A DNA stretch of 64,000 bases, from NCBI GenBank assembly GCA_963723515.1, contig CAVRQT010000002.1, forward strand, positions 224,001 through 288,000. The letters run 5' to 3'. The stretch comes from Vulcanimicrobiota bacterium. Lineage in GTDB: Bacteria; Vulcanimicrobiota; Vulcanimicrobiia; Vulcanimicrobiales; Vulcanimicrobiaceae. The notes beneath the pieces are model-generated. The model saw nothing but the letters and a program-made list of their open reading frames with translations. It had not been told where the DNA came from and made no database searches. A program made the position numbers and the translations under genes. Every line of letters starts with the position of its first letter. The stretch's first letter is position 1. This document shows, piece after piece, positions 29,585-40,291 of the stretch.

Positions 29585-30676
29585 AAGCGATGATCGTGAC
29601 CGGTGCTTCAAGCGGCATCGGACGCGCCGTGGCACTGGCTGCGGCACAAGAAGATTTTGCGCTCGTCGCAGTCGGTCGCCGTACCGAGATGCTCGAGGAG
29701 GTCTCTCAACAAATTCACGCCGCCGGCGGACTGTGCACGACGGTGCCCGTTGATTTGCGTTCGCCCAATGCTGCTTCAGCAATCGTCTCGACGGCAATTC
29801 AGCGGTACGAGCGCATTGATGCGATCGTGCATGCGGCCGGAACGGCGGCCGCAGGATCGCTGCTCGCTCAATCCGATCCCCAGTTAGCCGAACAGTGGGA
29901 AATTCACGTGCTCGCGCCGCTTCGGCTGACGCGAGAAGCGCTCACGCCGCTACGCGCAACGCACGGACAGATTTTTCTCTTCGGCTCGGGCGTCGCCGCG
30001 GTTCCAACGCCGGGATTAGGCGCGTATCCGCCGATGAAGGCAGCGGTACGCGCAATGGCGACTCAGCTGCGGCGCGAATTGCACGATGACGACATTGCGG
30101 TAACGTATGTCGATCCAGGCGCCGTTGATACCCCGCTGATGGAACGCGCGCGTTTACGCGGGCCGGCAAAACGCTTGCGTATTTCGGCGGAGCGGCGTGG
30201 CGTCGCGCATCGTGCGCTCGCTGCGTTCCCGCCCCGGTCGGCTGAGCGTCGTTCCATGGCAAAGCGCAGCCGTTTCGCTTGGCGAGCTGCTGCCGGCGAT
30301 CACAGATCGCGTGCTCAAGCGCGATGCCGCACATCGCCGGCAGCGGAGCCGTTGCCCCAAAGCGAGGCCGAACAAATCGAGCCAATGGCGCCAACGCACC
30401 AAGCGGCGACCGCCTGCGACAACGCTCGATCAAGCGCTCGAGCCGCTCAAACGTCGACTCGAACGCGTGCGTCTCTCGCGCGAGTTCATCGCGTCGCTGC
30501 TCGTGCCGGGCACAACACTGCAGTTAAGCGAGGTTGCCATGCGTTGGGCCGGAATGCCGAACAAAAATGAACGCGCGGCTACGCACGAAATGCTCGATGC
30601 ATTCACGAATGCTGGGCTGCTCGAGGAGAGCGGAGAGGAAAGATGGATCGTTCGCAAATCAGCCGCCGCAACGTGA
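29581..30676 (+). CDS. SDR oxidoreductase with C-terminal extension (frameshifted)
   Basis: TGASSGIG, YPPMK (YxxxK) and DPGAVDT motifs; the C-terminal domain continues in ORF 30197-30676. Confidence 0.75.
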
Positions 30677-31513
30677 TACTGCGTGCCACGGCGTTAGCGA
30701 ATCGTTTTCGCAATCATCGGCGCAATGGCCGCGAACGCGCCGCAAATCGGACAGTGGGCGTTGCGCGGATCGCCCGCAGATCGTTGGTGAACTGAGCGCA
30801 ACGCCGCTTGCCGAATGGAACCGAACTCGACATCACGCAGTACCGGCGCAATTCGCATGCGTCTGATCACGCAACTACGACGCTCGATCGCACGAAGTAC
30901 GATGCATTTGATCATCGTGCGCGGCCGATTTTCGTGAGTTCATGCACGTGCATCCGGCGCTGCAGCGCCGGCCACTTTCGAATTCTGGTCGCGCTCTCAG
31001 GCGGACCAACGCTACTATGCCTATGCGGACACCACGCCGGCCGGTATCGGACAACAAGTCGTTCGCTTTACGCTCAAAGGCGGGTGAACCGCCGCCGGTG
31101 CAAGCCACAAAAGTTGCCGCTTCGTTGCCGCAAGTTGCTGCAGGTCCGTACGTCGTTCATCTCACGCGCACATTCTGCCGAGCGGACGACCGACAACGCT
31201 CGGCGTGACGATAACGCGAAGCGGTCGGTCTGGCATCAGATTTGCGTCCCTATCTCGGCGCAGCGGCGCATGTCGTCGTCATCGCGACCTCTGACTTGAG
31301 CTTACATTCACGTTCACCCGATGGCGCATGGTCAAAAGGATGCCGATGAGCGGGATGAGCATGCCCGATATGAAGCCCTCAGCAGCACGTCGATCCGCAT
31401 CTCGATTTCTATTTGCCGGCGTTAACGCATCGCGGCGCCTACAAGATGTGGTTGCAGTTCAGCGGCGGACGGCGGCGCTTTACGTCGCGCCGTTTACTCT
31501 TTCTGCGCGCTAA
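30673..31513 (+). CDS. His/Met-rich secreted putative metal-binding protein (multiple frameshifts)
   Basis: Stitched frames give MHLIIVR.DFREFMHVHP, YLGAAAHVVVI..SDLSYIHVHP, MPMSGMSMPDM and YKMWLQF. Confidence 0.55.
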
Positions 31514-33747
31514 CTCGCGTCGGAATCGAGCGGAAAGCCGGATCTCCGCACTGCCACAAGAGGAACGAGTACTCATCGGTGAGCAGCTGCTCGGTCTGCG
31601 TCCGTGATGCCGCGAGGAAGCCATGTCCGGCATCGTAGTCAACGCGCAGCAGAATCGGCTTGCCGCTGCTCGTCGCTGCTTGCAAACGCGCCGTCATCTT
31701 CGCGAGCTCCCACGATGAAACGCGCGGATCGTTGTAGCCGGTGATCAGCATCACCCCCGGGTACGCAACGCCATCACGCACGTGGGCTAACGCATCCATG
31801 TCATAGAGCGCGCGAAATCCGGTCTCATTTTTCACGGTTCCGAACTCGGGGATGTTGGGAGGACCGTTCGGTGAAAATTCGGAGCGCATCGCATTGCTGA
31901 CGCCGACGACGTCGAGCGCAGCCGCAAAGAGGTCAGGACGGGTTGTGATCGCACGCCCGATCGTTATGCCGCCGGCACTGGTTCCTTCGCCGGCAAGATG
32001 TTGCGGCGATGTGTAATGATTGTCGACAAGCCACTGGCCGCAGGCGATGAAATCTTCCCACGTGTGATGTTTTGTCGCGATCATGCCGGCCTGATGCCAC
32101 GCTTCGCCGTACCAGCCGCCGCCGCGCGGATGACAAACGGCGTACACGCCGCCGCGTTGCATCCACGCAATCCGCGTTGTTGAAAACGCCGGCTGGAGCG
32201 TGATGCCGTACGAGCCGTAGCCTTCCAAATACGTGGGATGGCTGCCGTCGAGTCGAATGCCCTTCTTGTACACGAGCGAGAGCGGAACCATCGTCCCGTC
32301 TTGCGCTGCGCGCTTGCACCTCTTGCGACGTGTACGCCGACATATTAACCGGCGCCGGTTTCTTCAAACGCGTATCGGTCACGCTGCCGTTTGCGGCGGC
32401 ATAGAAGTAACGCAGCGAGCGCGTCCACCCGGTTAGACCGAAGGTCACGCCGGGAACACGCGAATCCGTTACGATGCCCCCGATTGCGCCGGCATACGGC
32501 ACACGAACGGTGCTGCCGCCGCCAACGATATTTCCGCTTTGATCGAGCGAGAATTTTGAAATTTGCCCAAACCCGCCGTCGCGTGCCAAAACGTAGAGTC
32601 CGTCCGCAGCAACTTGGGGTGCCTCAACAACCGCACGCCCTGGCGAGACAACCGTTTTCGCGTTGGCAAAATCCGGCGCAGCGAGGGACATCGAAACGAC
32701 TTTATATGTCGGCGCATCGTGGTGCGTCAGCAAGTAGATCGTCGAGCCTTTGACATCGAAGCCCGTGACGTCGTTGGAGTCGTCGACGATCTTCTTCCAC
32801 GGCGCACGCGCTGCCATCACCGGCGTTTGATCGAGCACGTACAGGACCTGCTCATTCTTAACGCCATGCACGACGATCGCGAACGAATACTTCGAAACCG
32901 GCGAGTAGACGATGATCGGAAAGTCGGTTTCAGCAAACGGGATGTTCGGATCGACGCCGTAGCCGAAAATCGGCTGATCTTGATCCGGATTGCGTCCGAG
33001 GACGTGCAGGTAGTTGACTGCGCGCGTTTCCTTATCGGTCTCCGGCTCGCCGGGCTGCAGTTTCGGGAAGCGCACGTAGTAGAATGACTTTCCATCCGGC
33101 AGCCAGCTTGTCGCGCCGACGAAATAAGCGCGATCGATTGCATCAGGCAACGTTCCGCCGGTGGCCACGTTGACGACGTGAATAACAGAAGATTCCGAAC
33201 CACCTTCCGATATGCCGTAAGCGACGTACTTACCGTCAAGCGATGGCAGATAGTAGTTGATCGTGTAGTGTTTGCCGGCGCTGGCGAGCCGGTCGGGATC
33301 GACGAGAATCCGTTCGCGCGTGCTTCCGGCGGTTCGAACGTATAGTTTTTCCGTATTCTGACCCGGTTTGAGCTTTTCGTAAAAATAGAGATTTTTGACG
33401 CGCTGAACGCTCCCAACGCTCTCGCCCGCGTTATCGAGCATCTTGATGCGATTGAAAAGCGCCTGACGCGGTAACCCTAAACGGGCGAGGACGCCGCGCG
33501 TGTAGTTGTTTTGATCTTTGAAGAATTGCTGCACCTGGGGATCGTTCATGTTTTCCATGTAGCGATACGGGTCCGTGACAGTCGTTCCGAAATACGTTTC
33601 GGTCACTGGCCGAACGGGAGCCGGCGGTGGCGGGCTCGGAAAGGCGACGAAAGGTCCCGCGGCCGTTGCCCTAGTGGCTCCAGCAGCAAAGCTCAAACCC
33701 AGCAAGCCAATGGATAGCGCAAGCGCGCTCAAGCGCAACTTCTTCAT
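31494..33747 (-). CDS. Prolyl oligopeptidase, S9A family, secreted (frameshift near 32300)
   Basis: Signal peptide, DPYRYME, beta-propeller region, GYGSYG, RGGG.YG, catalytic GTSAGG, NDPRV and AGHG. Confidence 0.9.
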
Positions 33748-33913
33748 ACGGGCTCTTTCTATGGGCTTTGTGGCCGCCGCCTCTACGAAGCTCGAGGCAT
33801 TGCTTGCAGCGCTTCGCTACACGTAACCGTTTGGCGAGGCGCCCCGACTGGTAGTATATTTAAACCGAAGCAGCCGTCCGCTCACCGTTATCCGTAAAGG
33901 AGGCGATCCACTC

Positions 33914-34353
33914 ATGGACTGTGTCGTTGCCGGAATCGCTCGCACCTCAGATCCAAAGCAACTTGAAGATATTCTGATGGGCTGCGCGCATCTCGACGCA
34001 AAGCGCCTGGCCGTCGTCACAAAGTCGACGCAGACCGATGCTTTCGATAAATCTCCGTTGAACTTTGTACACTCATCCAGCTCGTGGGGAATGGGAAGCG
34101 CCACCGACGGCACCGGCGTCCCGGGAATCGGCAGGCGCACCACGTTCTCCGACCTCGTGCATCATCACGCCGTGCCGCACTATCTCGAGGACATCGCAAT
34201 TTCGCGCGATCTCGCGGAAAACTATAACGTCGCGATTCACGAAGGCCGCAGCGTCGTGACCTTCAAGGCGACGACCGACGAATCAAAGGACGTCGAGAAC
34301 ACGTTTCGCGGATGCGGTCTGGTCAACGTGAGAACGCTTAAACCGCGCGCTGA
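33914..34353 (+). CDS. Hypothetical protein (3' end uncertain)
   Basis: Strong RBS AAAGGAGG. The ORF as called runs through the tRNA promoter into the tRNA, so the real stop is probably near 34353. Confidence 0.6.
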
Positions 34354-34393
34354 ACAAAAAACGAGCAGCCACGCAAACCTAAAGTCGCTTACT

Positions 34394-34423
34394 TTGACAG
34401 GTCGTACGTGTGGCAGATATAAT
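34394..34423 (+). promoter_or_regulatory. Sigma70 promoter of tRNA-Ala
   Basis: TTGACA-N18-TATAAT, perfect hexamers. Confidence 0.85.
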
Positions 34424-34441
34424 GCCCCTCGTCGCTGTCCT

Positions 34442-34514
34442 GGGGGTGTAGCTCAGCTGGTAGAGCACTTGCTTCGCATGTAAGGGGTCAGCGGTTCGAG
34501 TCCGCTCACCTCCA
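34442..34514 (+). tRNA. tRNA-Ala(CGC), CCA not encoded
   Basis: Cloverleaf with acceptor GGGGGTG/CACCTCC including G3:U70, anticodon loop TT-CGC-AT and T-loop TTCGAGT. Confidence 0.97.
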
Positions 34515-34520
34515 TATTTG

Positions 34521-34557
34521 AAAAGCCCGCGTTCCTTAAAGGATCGCGGGGTTTTTG
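34521..34557 (+). terminator. Intrinsic terminator after tRNA
   Basis: CCCGCGTTCCT-TAA-AGGATCGCGGG followed by GTTTTT. Confidence 0.8.
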
Positions 34558-34659
34558 TAATCGCACGGTGACGGCACGCGGCACGCGTATGCTTGGGAAA
34601 GCAGCCCATGCTTACATTCGATGGGCCGATTTACACGCAACGGCAATGAGGAGACGTTC

Positions 34660-35052
34660 ATGTTCAAACGCACAGAATTCCGGCCATCGTTGGGCGCGTT
34701 GGCGCTCGTAACTTTGGTGCTTGCAACCGCCCCCGCCTTGGCCGCGAGCAATTTCCCAACCGGCACCTACGCGGTCAGAGGCGTCGCCGCCACCGCCACG
34801 TTCGATAACAAAGGACAGGTCCGCGTGAACAAGCACGGAGTGATGGAAGTCGCGGCCGATTACGCGGTCAAGGGAGATCAACTTCGGTTGACCGACAAGA
34901 GCGGACCGTGGGCTTGCACGAAAGCCGGCGAACAGACCGGCACGTACCGCTGGAAGTACGACAGCGGTGTGCTAGCATTCACCAAAGTCGCCGACACGTG
35001 CAAACCGCGCGCGGATACCCTGACGAAGTACGTGTGGAAGCGACAGCCGTGA
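34660..35052 (+). CDS. Hypothetical secreted beta-rich protein
   Basis: RBS GAGGAG, signal peptide (ALA-A) and two Cys. Confidence 0.7.
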   Translation: MFKRTEFRPSLGALALVTLVLATAPALAASNFPTGTYAVRGVAATATFDNKGQVRVNKHGVMEVAADYAVKGDQLRLTDKSGPWACTKAGEQTGTYRWKYDSGVLAFTKVADTCKPRADTLTKYVWKRQP

Positions 35053-35230
35053 GCGCTTGACAGCACTCGCGAACCGCCCTGCGCCGAGTTCGGCTCTTGC
35101 TTCCAGTCCAGGTGTGGGTAACGGCGAGCGACGGTAGTCACCATGACGCCCGCACGAGAGCCGTACGCCGCCAGGGTATTGTTAGCTTGGCTTAAACGGC
35201 GGCTGACAACCCCTACTACGAGGAGGCCCG

Positions 35231-35611
35231 ATGCACACTGTTTTGCTTCTAGTCGTGCTGCTAGTAATACCCGCGATGACGATCGCTAAGGGCGCCGCGC
35301 CCGCAATTCATTCTGCGCGCCTCGACGGCTCGATACCGATTTACCCGAACTCGACGTTAGCAACCATGGGAGGGCCTGGAGAAAACGACCCCAAAATGGC
35401 CGCGGCCCTCAAGGCCGGTACCTCGGCGACCTTCCTCACGAGCGATAGCGAATCCACTGTCGCTACGTGGTATCGCAAACACCTGCCTGGAAGCTATACG
35501 ATGAAGTCATCTGCCGGGACTGCGCAATTCACGTCAGGCGGTAATCAAGTCAACGTTTACTCACACCAGACTGCGACGTATCGCACCAGGATTGTGATAC
35601 TGCCGCGATAG
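35231..35611 (+). CDS. Hypothetical secreted protein
   Basis: RBS AGGAGG, signal peptide, 'IPIYPNS' and 'VATWYRKHLP' patterns. Confidence 0.7.
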   Translation: MHTVLLLVVLLVIPAMTIAKGAAPAIHSARLDGSIPIYPNSTLATMGGPGENDPKMAAALKAGTSATFLTSDSESTVATWYRKHLPGSYTMKSSAGTAQFTSGGNQVNVYSHQTATYRTRIVILPR

Positions 35612-35841
35612 CAGTGAATCCCCGAAGACGCCTGCACTCGGGGAATGGGAAACTATCGCACGGAGAGAGATTGCGAGGGCGACGTTTCCCGGGTTACCGA
35701 CCCTCGGGACGGCGGTTTTCCTAAGCGTACGCCCGGGAGGCGGATGGCCTTGCGACGCAAGTTGCGGAACGTGGCGAGGTGATTGCACTTGCGTTGATAA
35801 CGGTTCTTTAAACAATACGCTTCTACCGGTGGTAAGAGCCG

Positions 35842-38649
35842 ATGTCGATTAAAGCCGCTGCGTCCAGAACTGCAAAGCATTCGCCTCCTACAGGAATGGT
35901 AACGTTCTTATTTAGCGACATCGAAGGCAGCACCTCACGCTGGGAAGACCGCAGTGCGCAGATGCAGGCGGCGTTGCGGCGGCACGACGAGCTCTTGCGA
36001 TCGGTCATTGAGAACCATGGCGGTTACGTCTTTAAGACCGTCGGCGATGAGTTTTGCACGGCGTTCGCTGATGTGCGGAACGCGATTGCGGCGGCGCTCG
36101 CCTCGCAGCGCGCGATTGGCGCCGAAGACTGGAGCGCGGTGGATGGCTTGCGGGTTCGCATGGCGATCCATGGCGGCCTTACCGATGAACGGAACGGCGA
36201 TTATTACGGAACGGTCGTTAACCGCGTCGCGCGCATTCTCGCGACCGCCCACGGCGGACAGGTAATAACTTCTGGGACAGTAGCCGATGTTGCGCGGGAG
36301 CGACTGCCGCCTCAGGCGTCGCTGCGCGACTTAGGCTCCCATCGTCTGCGTGATCTAGCGCGCCCCGAGCGGCTTTACCAGCTCGTCGCGCCGGGTTTGC
36401 AATTCGATTTTCCGCCACCGCGTTCGCTTGAAACACGTTCCAACAACTTGCCGGTGCAACTTACGAGTTTTATCGCGCGTACGGCGGAAGTTGCAGAAAT
36501 TGCTGAACTTCTTGAGGGCGCTCATCTCGTAACGCTGATCGGCGCTGGCGGAATCGGAAAAACGCGCACCGCGTTGCAAGTGGCCGCCGACGCTCTCGAT
36601 AGCTATCCCGACGGCGTATGGCTGGTCGAACTCGCACAACTGGCGGATCCGGCGCTTGTCGCGAGCGCAATCGCGCAGGTCTTCAATATTGAAGATCGGG
36701 GCGGCTCCCGGCCGCTCATCGACGACGTCGTTATTGCGCTCAAGGATAAACATGCTCTCATCCTGCTCGACAATTGCGAGCACTTAGTGGCTGCGGCAGC
36801 TGACGCTGCCGAAAACATTCTGCGCCGCTGCCCAAACATCAAAATGCTTGCAACGAGCCGCGAGCCGCTAGGCATTGCAGGCGAACAGTCATATCGCATG
36901 CCCTCGCTTGCAGTCCCGCCCATAACGGATCGATTGAGCGCCAACGATGCGATGGAATATGGAGCGGTTGCTCTTTTCGTTGCTCGCGCGCACTCAGTTC
37001 AGGAAAAGTTTATCCTCACTGATAGCACGGCTCCGATAGTCGCGGAAATCGTGCGACGCTTGGACGGCATCGCTCTTGCGATCGAACTGGCGGCGCCGCG
37101 CATCAACGTGCTCAGTATCGAGCAACTCGCGCAACGACTTGACGAGCGCTTCAAGATACTGACCGGTGGAAGCCGCACTGCTTTGCCACGGCAACAGACT
37201 CTGCGCGCCATGATCGACTGGAGCTACGATCTGCTCAGCGAGGCGGAGCGCAGTCTACTGCGACAGTTAGCGATCTTTCGGGGCGGTTGCACGCTGGAAG
37301 CGGTGAGCGCGGTCTGCATCGATGACGGGTGGGGTGACGATGAAGTGCTGTCGCTGCTTTCCGCCCTCGTTGACAAGTCGCTCGTTGTCACGGAATTGCA
37401 AGACGATAAACATCGCTATCAACTTTTGGAGTCAACACGCCAGTATTCGCAAGAGCGCCTACAACAGGCCGGCGATTTGAACAGCGTTGCGGCGCGTCAC
37501 TCTGAGCACTATCGCGCGCTCGCCGAGCAGTTGGAGGACGAGTTCTGGACAACGAACACGAAGCGTTGGTTTCAACGCGCCCGCGGCGAGTTAGAGAACT
37601 ATCGCGCTGCGATTGACTGGGGGCTTGTCGGCGGCAACGCGCCCGAGGCGGCCGCTGCGATCGTTGCCAGTTTGCGGTCTTTGTGGTTCGAGTCGTTTCG
37701 GCGTGAAGGACGCGCGCTCGTTGCGCGCGCTCTCGACTCGTTTGGCGATAATGATCAATCGCAGCTCTTCGGGCGTCTCTTGCTCGCGTCGGCGGTCTTT
37801 GATAGCGATAGCGGACGGGGTGCGAAAGCAGCAGAGGAAGCGGTGGCCATCCTTGCGCGGGGCGAGGATCGCGCGAGCCAAATCAACGCACTTCGCGCCC
37901 TCGCAGCATGCCGGGCACGAGGGGGAAATGTTGAGCAAGCGCTGCACAACTACGACGAAGCGTTGGCTCTCGCTCGCACGACACGACTCCCGACGCTCAT
38001 TGCGCAAGTCGCAAGCGAAATGGGCGGCTGGGTTAGCATTAGTGGCGACTCCGAACGCGGACGAGTTCTCCTTGAAGAAGCGCTCGCTATCGATCGCTCG
38101 CATGGAGACCGCCAAAGAATGGCGACCGTGCTGACGAATCTTGGCGAACTGCGGTTCGCCGGAGGCGACGTTCGCGGTGCGCTCGAGAACGTTCGGGAGG
38201 CCGAAACAATTGCTCGCGAGCTTGGCAGCGAGTACCGGCGCATGGCGACATCGGTCAATATGGCGGCGTACCTTCTCGCGCTCGACGAACGTGCCGATGC
38301 ATGGGCTCGTGCGCGTGAAGGTCTCGAGCTCGCGCTAGGACGTGAACAGACGCTTCCAGCAGCGATGGCGATCGGCCATCTTGCGCAGCTGGCTGTCTTG
38401 GCAGGCAAGAATGTTTCTGCCGCTCGCCTGAATGGTTATGTCGATGCCGTGTATGCTCGTCAAAACGCGGTCCGCGAACCGACTGAGCAACGAGGGCGCG
38501 ATAAGACAACCGCGATGCTGCGCGACGCTCTTACCGAAAACCAGTTAGCCGCGCTATTGGCGGAGGGCGCATCGATGGACGAAGCTACAGCCGTCGCGGA
38601 AGCCATGGCGGTTCCGCAGCCGCACAGCGACGATGTAGAAACTGCATAG
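35842..38649 (+). CDS. Class III adenylate/guanylate cyclase - STAND (NB-ARC-like) ATPase - TPR protein
   Basis: Cyclase motifs FSDIEGST, KTVGD and GTVVNRVAR; Walker A GAGGIGKT, Walker B LLDNCE, GIALAIELAA; helical TPR C-terminus. Confidence 0.92.
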   Translation: MSIKAAASRTAKHSPPTGMVTFLFSDIEGSTSRWEDRSAQMQAALRRHDELLRSVIENHGGYVFKTVGDEFCTAFADVRNAIAAALASQRAIGAEDWSAVDGLRVRMAIHGGLTDERNGDYYGTVVNRVARILATAHGGQVITSGTVADVARERLPPQASLRDLGSHRLRDLARPERLYQLVAPGLQFDFPPPRSLETRSNNLPVQLTSFIARTAEVAEIAELLEGAHLVTLIGAGGIGKTRTALQVAADALDSYPDGVWLVELAQLADPALVASAIAQVFNIEDRGGSRPLIDDVVIALKDKHALILLDNCEHLVAAAADAAENILRRCPNIKMLATSREPLGIAGEQSYRMPSLAVPPITDRLSANDAMEYGAVALFVARAHSVQEKFILTDSTAPIVAEIVRRLDGIALAIELAAPRINVLSIEQLAQRLDERFKILTGGSRTALPRQQTLRAMIDWSYDLLSEAERSLLRQLAIFRGGCTLEAVSAVCIDDGWGDDEVLSLLSALVDKSLVVTELQDDKHRYQLLESTRQYSQERLQQAGDLNSVAARHSEHYRALAEQLEDEFWTTNTKRWFQRARGELENYRAAIDWGLVGGNAPEAAAAIVASLRSLWFESFRREGRALVARALDSFGDNDQSQLFGRLLLASAVFDSDSGRGAKAAEEAVAILARGEDRASQINALRALAACRARGGNVEQALHNYDEALALARTTRLPTLIAQVASEMGGWVSISGDSERGRVLLEEALAIDRSHGDRQRMATVLTNLGELRFAGGDVRGALENVREAETIARELGSEYRRMATSVNMAAYLLALDERADAWARAREGLELALGREQTLPAAMAIGHLAQLAVLAGKNVSAARLNGYVDAVYARQNAVREPTEQRGRDKTTAMLRDALTENQLAALLAEGASMDEATAVAEAMAVPQPHSDDVETA

Positions 38650-38699
38650 GGAGCTGTACCGCAAATTCGTAGGTCGCCGCTTGCGACAAGGAGTCGTCT

Positions 38700-39113
38700 A
38701 TGCGTACCATCACGCTAACGCTGATAGCAACACTCATGTTCACCGTCGGGCCACCGGTTGCCGCGCAGCCTTCCCCGCCGATAACCCCGACGGTTGCGTG
38801 CCGTCCAATATTAACCGCTTCCGGCGCAATGTTCATGATCGCACTGCCCGCAGATCACACGACTGGCTTCAGTTGGGTACTTGAAGAGCCGCTGAAGCGA
38901 GCTAGCATCGCGTACCGCGGCAAACGCTACGTTCCGGCCGGCACCGCAACTCCGGGAGCGATGGGCTCGGAAGTATGGACGTTTGCCGCCATTCGCCCGG
39001 GCAAGATGCTGCTTTCTCTAAAGTACATACGACCGTCGGACAACCCGCCGGCAGCGGGCGAAGAATCATTTTTCGTCGTCATCGTGCGCGACTATTCGGT
39101 GAGCGCGCGCTGA
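38700..39113 (+). CDS. Protease inhibitor I42 (chagasin) family
   Basis: Signal peptide; 'LPADHTTGFSW', 'GAMGSEVWTF' and 'LKYIRP' motifs. Confidence 0.8.
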   Translation: MRTITLTLIATLMFTVGPPVAAQPSPPITPTVACRPILTASGAMFMIALPADHTTGFSWVLEEPLKRASIAYRGKRYVPAGTATPGAMGSEVWTFAAIRPGKMLLSLKYIRPSDNPPAAGEESFFVVIVRDYSVSAR

Positions 39114-39256
39114 TGAAACGAATCGTCGTTTGCACGCCACTCGTCGGGGCATTTCTGTTCACCGCGGTGCCGATGCCGGCGTTATCCGCCAACACCGATG
39201 GCACTTGTCAAAAACCGTCCTAGTTTGGGAAGATAGCTCAAGTTCGGAGGCTCGTC

Positions 39257-40240
39257 ATGGTCAAGAGTTTCGTTTTTATCGCGTGCGTTGCTGTCGTTGT
39301 GTTTTTCGTCCCCACCGGCGTTCATGCGCAGACCCTCGTCAATGCGGCCGGCAGCTGGAACATCACTTCCACCGGCGAGGCATTCGCGACCGGCCTCGTC
39401 AGAATAGCGCAGCGAGATTTAAGCATTACCGGCACCTACGGGCAAGGAGGCCGGATCGACGGCAAATTCCAGCCCGGTACATCGCAGGTTGACGCCAATT
39501 GGCGTGACTCGCGAGGCGACGGCTGGATGACGATCGTCTTTGCCGCCGACGGCAGCCGATTTTCAGGCCAATGGGGCCGCCCCGGCAGTAACGCGAGTGG
39601 CCAATTCGTCGCGGTTCGCGCGCCCTATCCTAGCGTTAGCGGAGACTACAACGTTACCGTCACCGGCGGTCCTGAGTTTACAACGCGCCGGATAAGTTTG
39701 CATCAATTGGCATTAGATGTCGTCGGGAATTACGGGCCGGGAACTCAGTTGAACGGCGCGATGGCGACAAATGCAAACACTTTGACCGGCACGTGGAAGG
39801 GAACCAACGCCAACGGCTGGCTCAAGCTACAGTTTGCCGACGACAGCAAGAGCTTTCAAGGCACGTGGGGTCTAGCGTCTGATGCCGCGCCCTCCGGACA
39901 GATCACGGGCAGCGTTGTCAGTACCGCTCAGCTTCGGATCGCAGGAGTGTGGCAGATCGCCTCCAGCGGTGCGGCTTTTACGGCAAACATGCTCAAAATC
40001 CAGCAGAAAGGGCAAACGATCACGGGCTCTTACAAAGGCGGCCGCCTGCAAGGCACGCTTCCGCGCGGTTCATCCTTGCTCAGCGGGAACTGGAAAGACT
40101 CGCACGACGCGGGCGTTTTGCTTTTCAAGTTCGCCCCGGACGGTATGAGCTTTCAAGGCACCTGGACTACGAAGAGGCAGTACGAAGGGAGCATTATCGG
40201 AAAACGCCTCATCGCAGGAACGCCAGCCTTACGGCATTAG
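39257..40240 (+). CDS. Secreted protein with three tandem ~100-aa beta-barrel-like repeats
   Basis: The pattern G.W.I...Q....ITG.Y...G.L.G....L.G.W......G.L...FA.D..SFQG.W recurs three times. Confidence 0.75.
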   Translation: MVKSFVFIACVAVVVFFVPTGVHAQTLVNAAGSWNITSTGEAFATGLVRIAQRDLSITGTYGQGGRIDGKFQPGTSQVDANWRDSRGDGWMTIVFAADGSRFSGQWGRPGSNASGQFVAVRAPYPSVSGDYNVTVTGGPEFTTRRISLHQLALDVVGNYGPGTQLNGAMATNANTLTGTWKGTNANGWLKLQFADDSKSFQGTWGLASDAAPSGQITGSVVSTAQLRIAGVWQIASSGAAFTANMLKIQQKGQTITGSYKGGRLQGTLPRGSSLLSGNWKDSHDAGVLLFKFAPDGMSFQGTWTTKRQYEGSIIGKRLIAGTPALRH

Positions 40241-40291
40241 CGCAGAACGCGCGCGTCTTCCAACTGGGTTTGACGACCAGCGTTTTGCACA

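Noticed and set aside
34354..34483. Extension of ORF 33914-34483 over the tRNA
   Set aside because: It runs through a consensus promoter and the tRNA, so it probably reflects a missed stop caused by an indel.
34490..34514. attL/attR duplication of the tRNA-Ala 3' end
   Set aside because: No second copy was noticed by eye in the window, and no integrase is adjacent.
35612..35840. Several GC-rich hairpins upstream of the cyclase gene as a riboswitch
   Set aside because: No recognisable aptamer consensus and no second copy for covariation; such stems arise by chance at this GC content.
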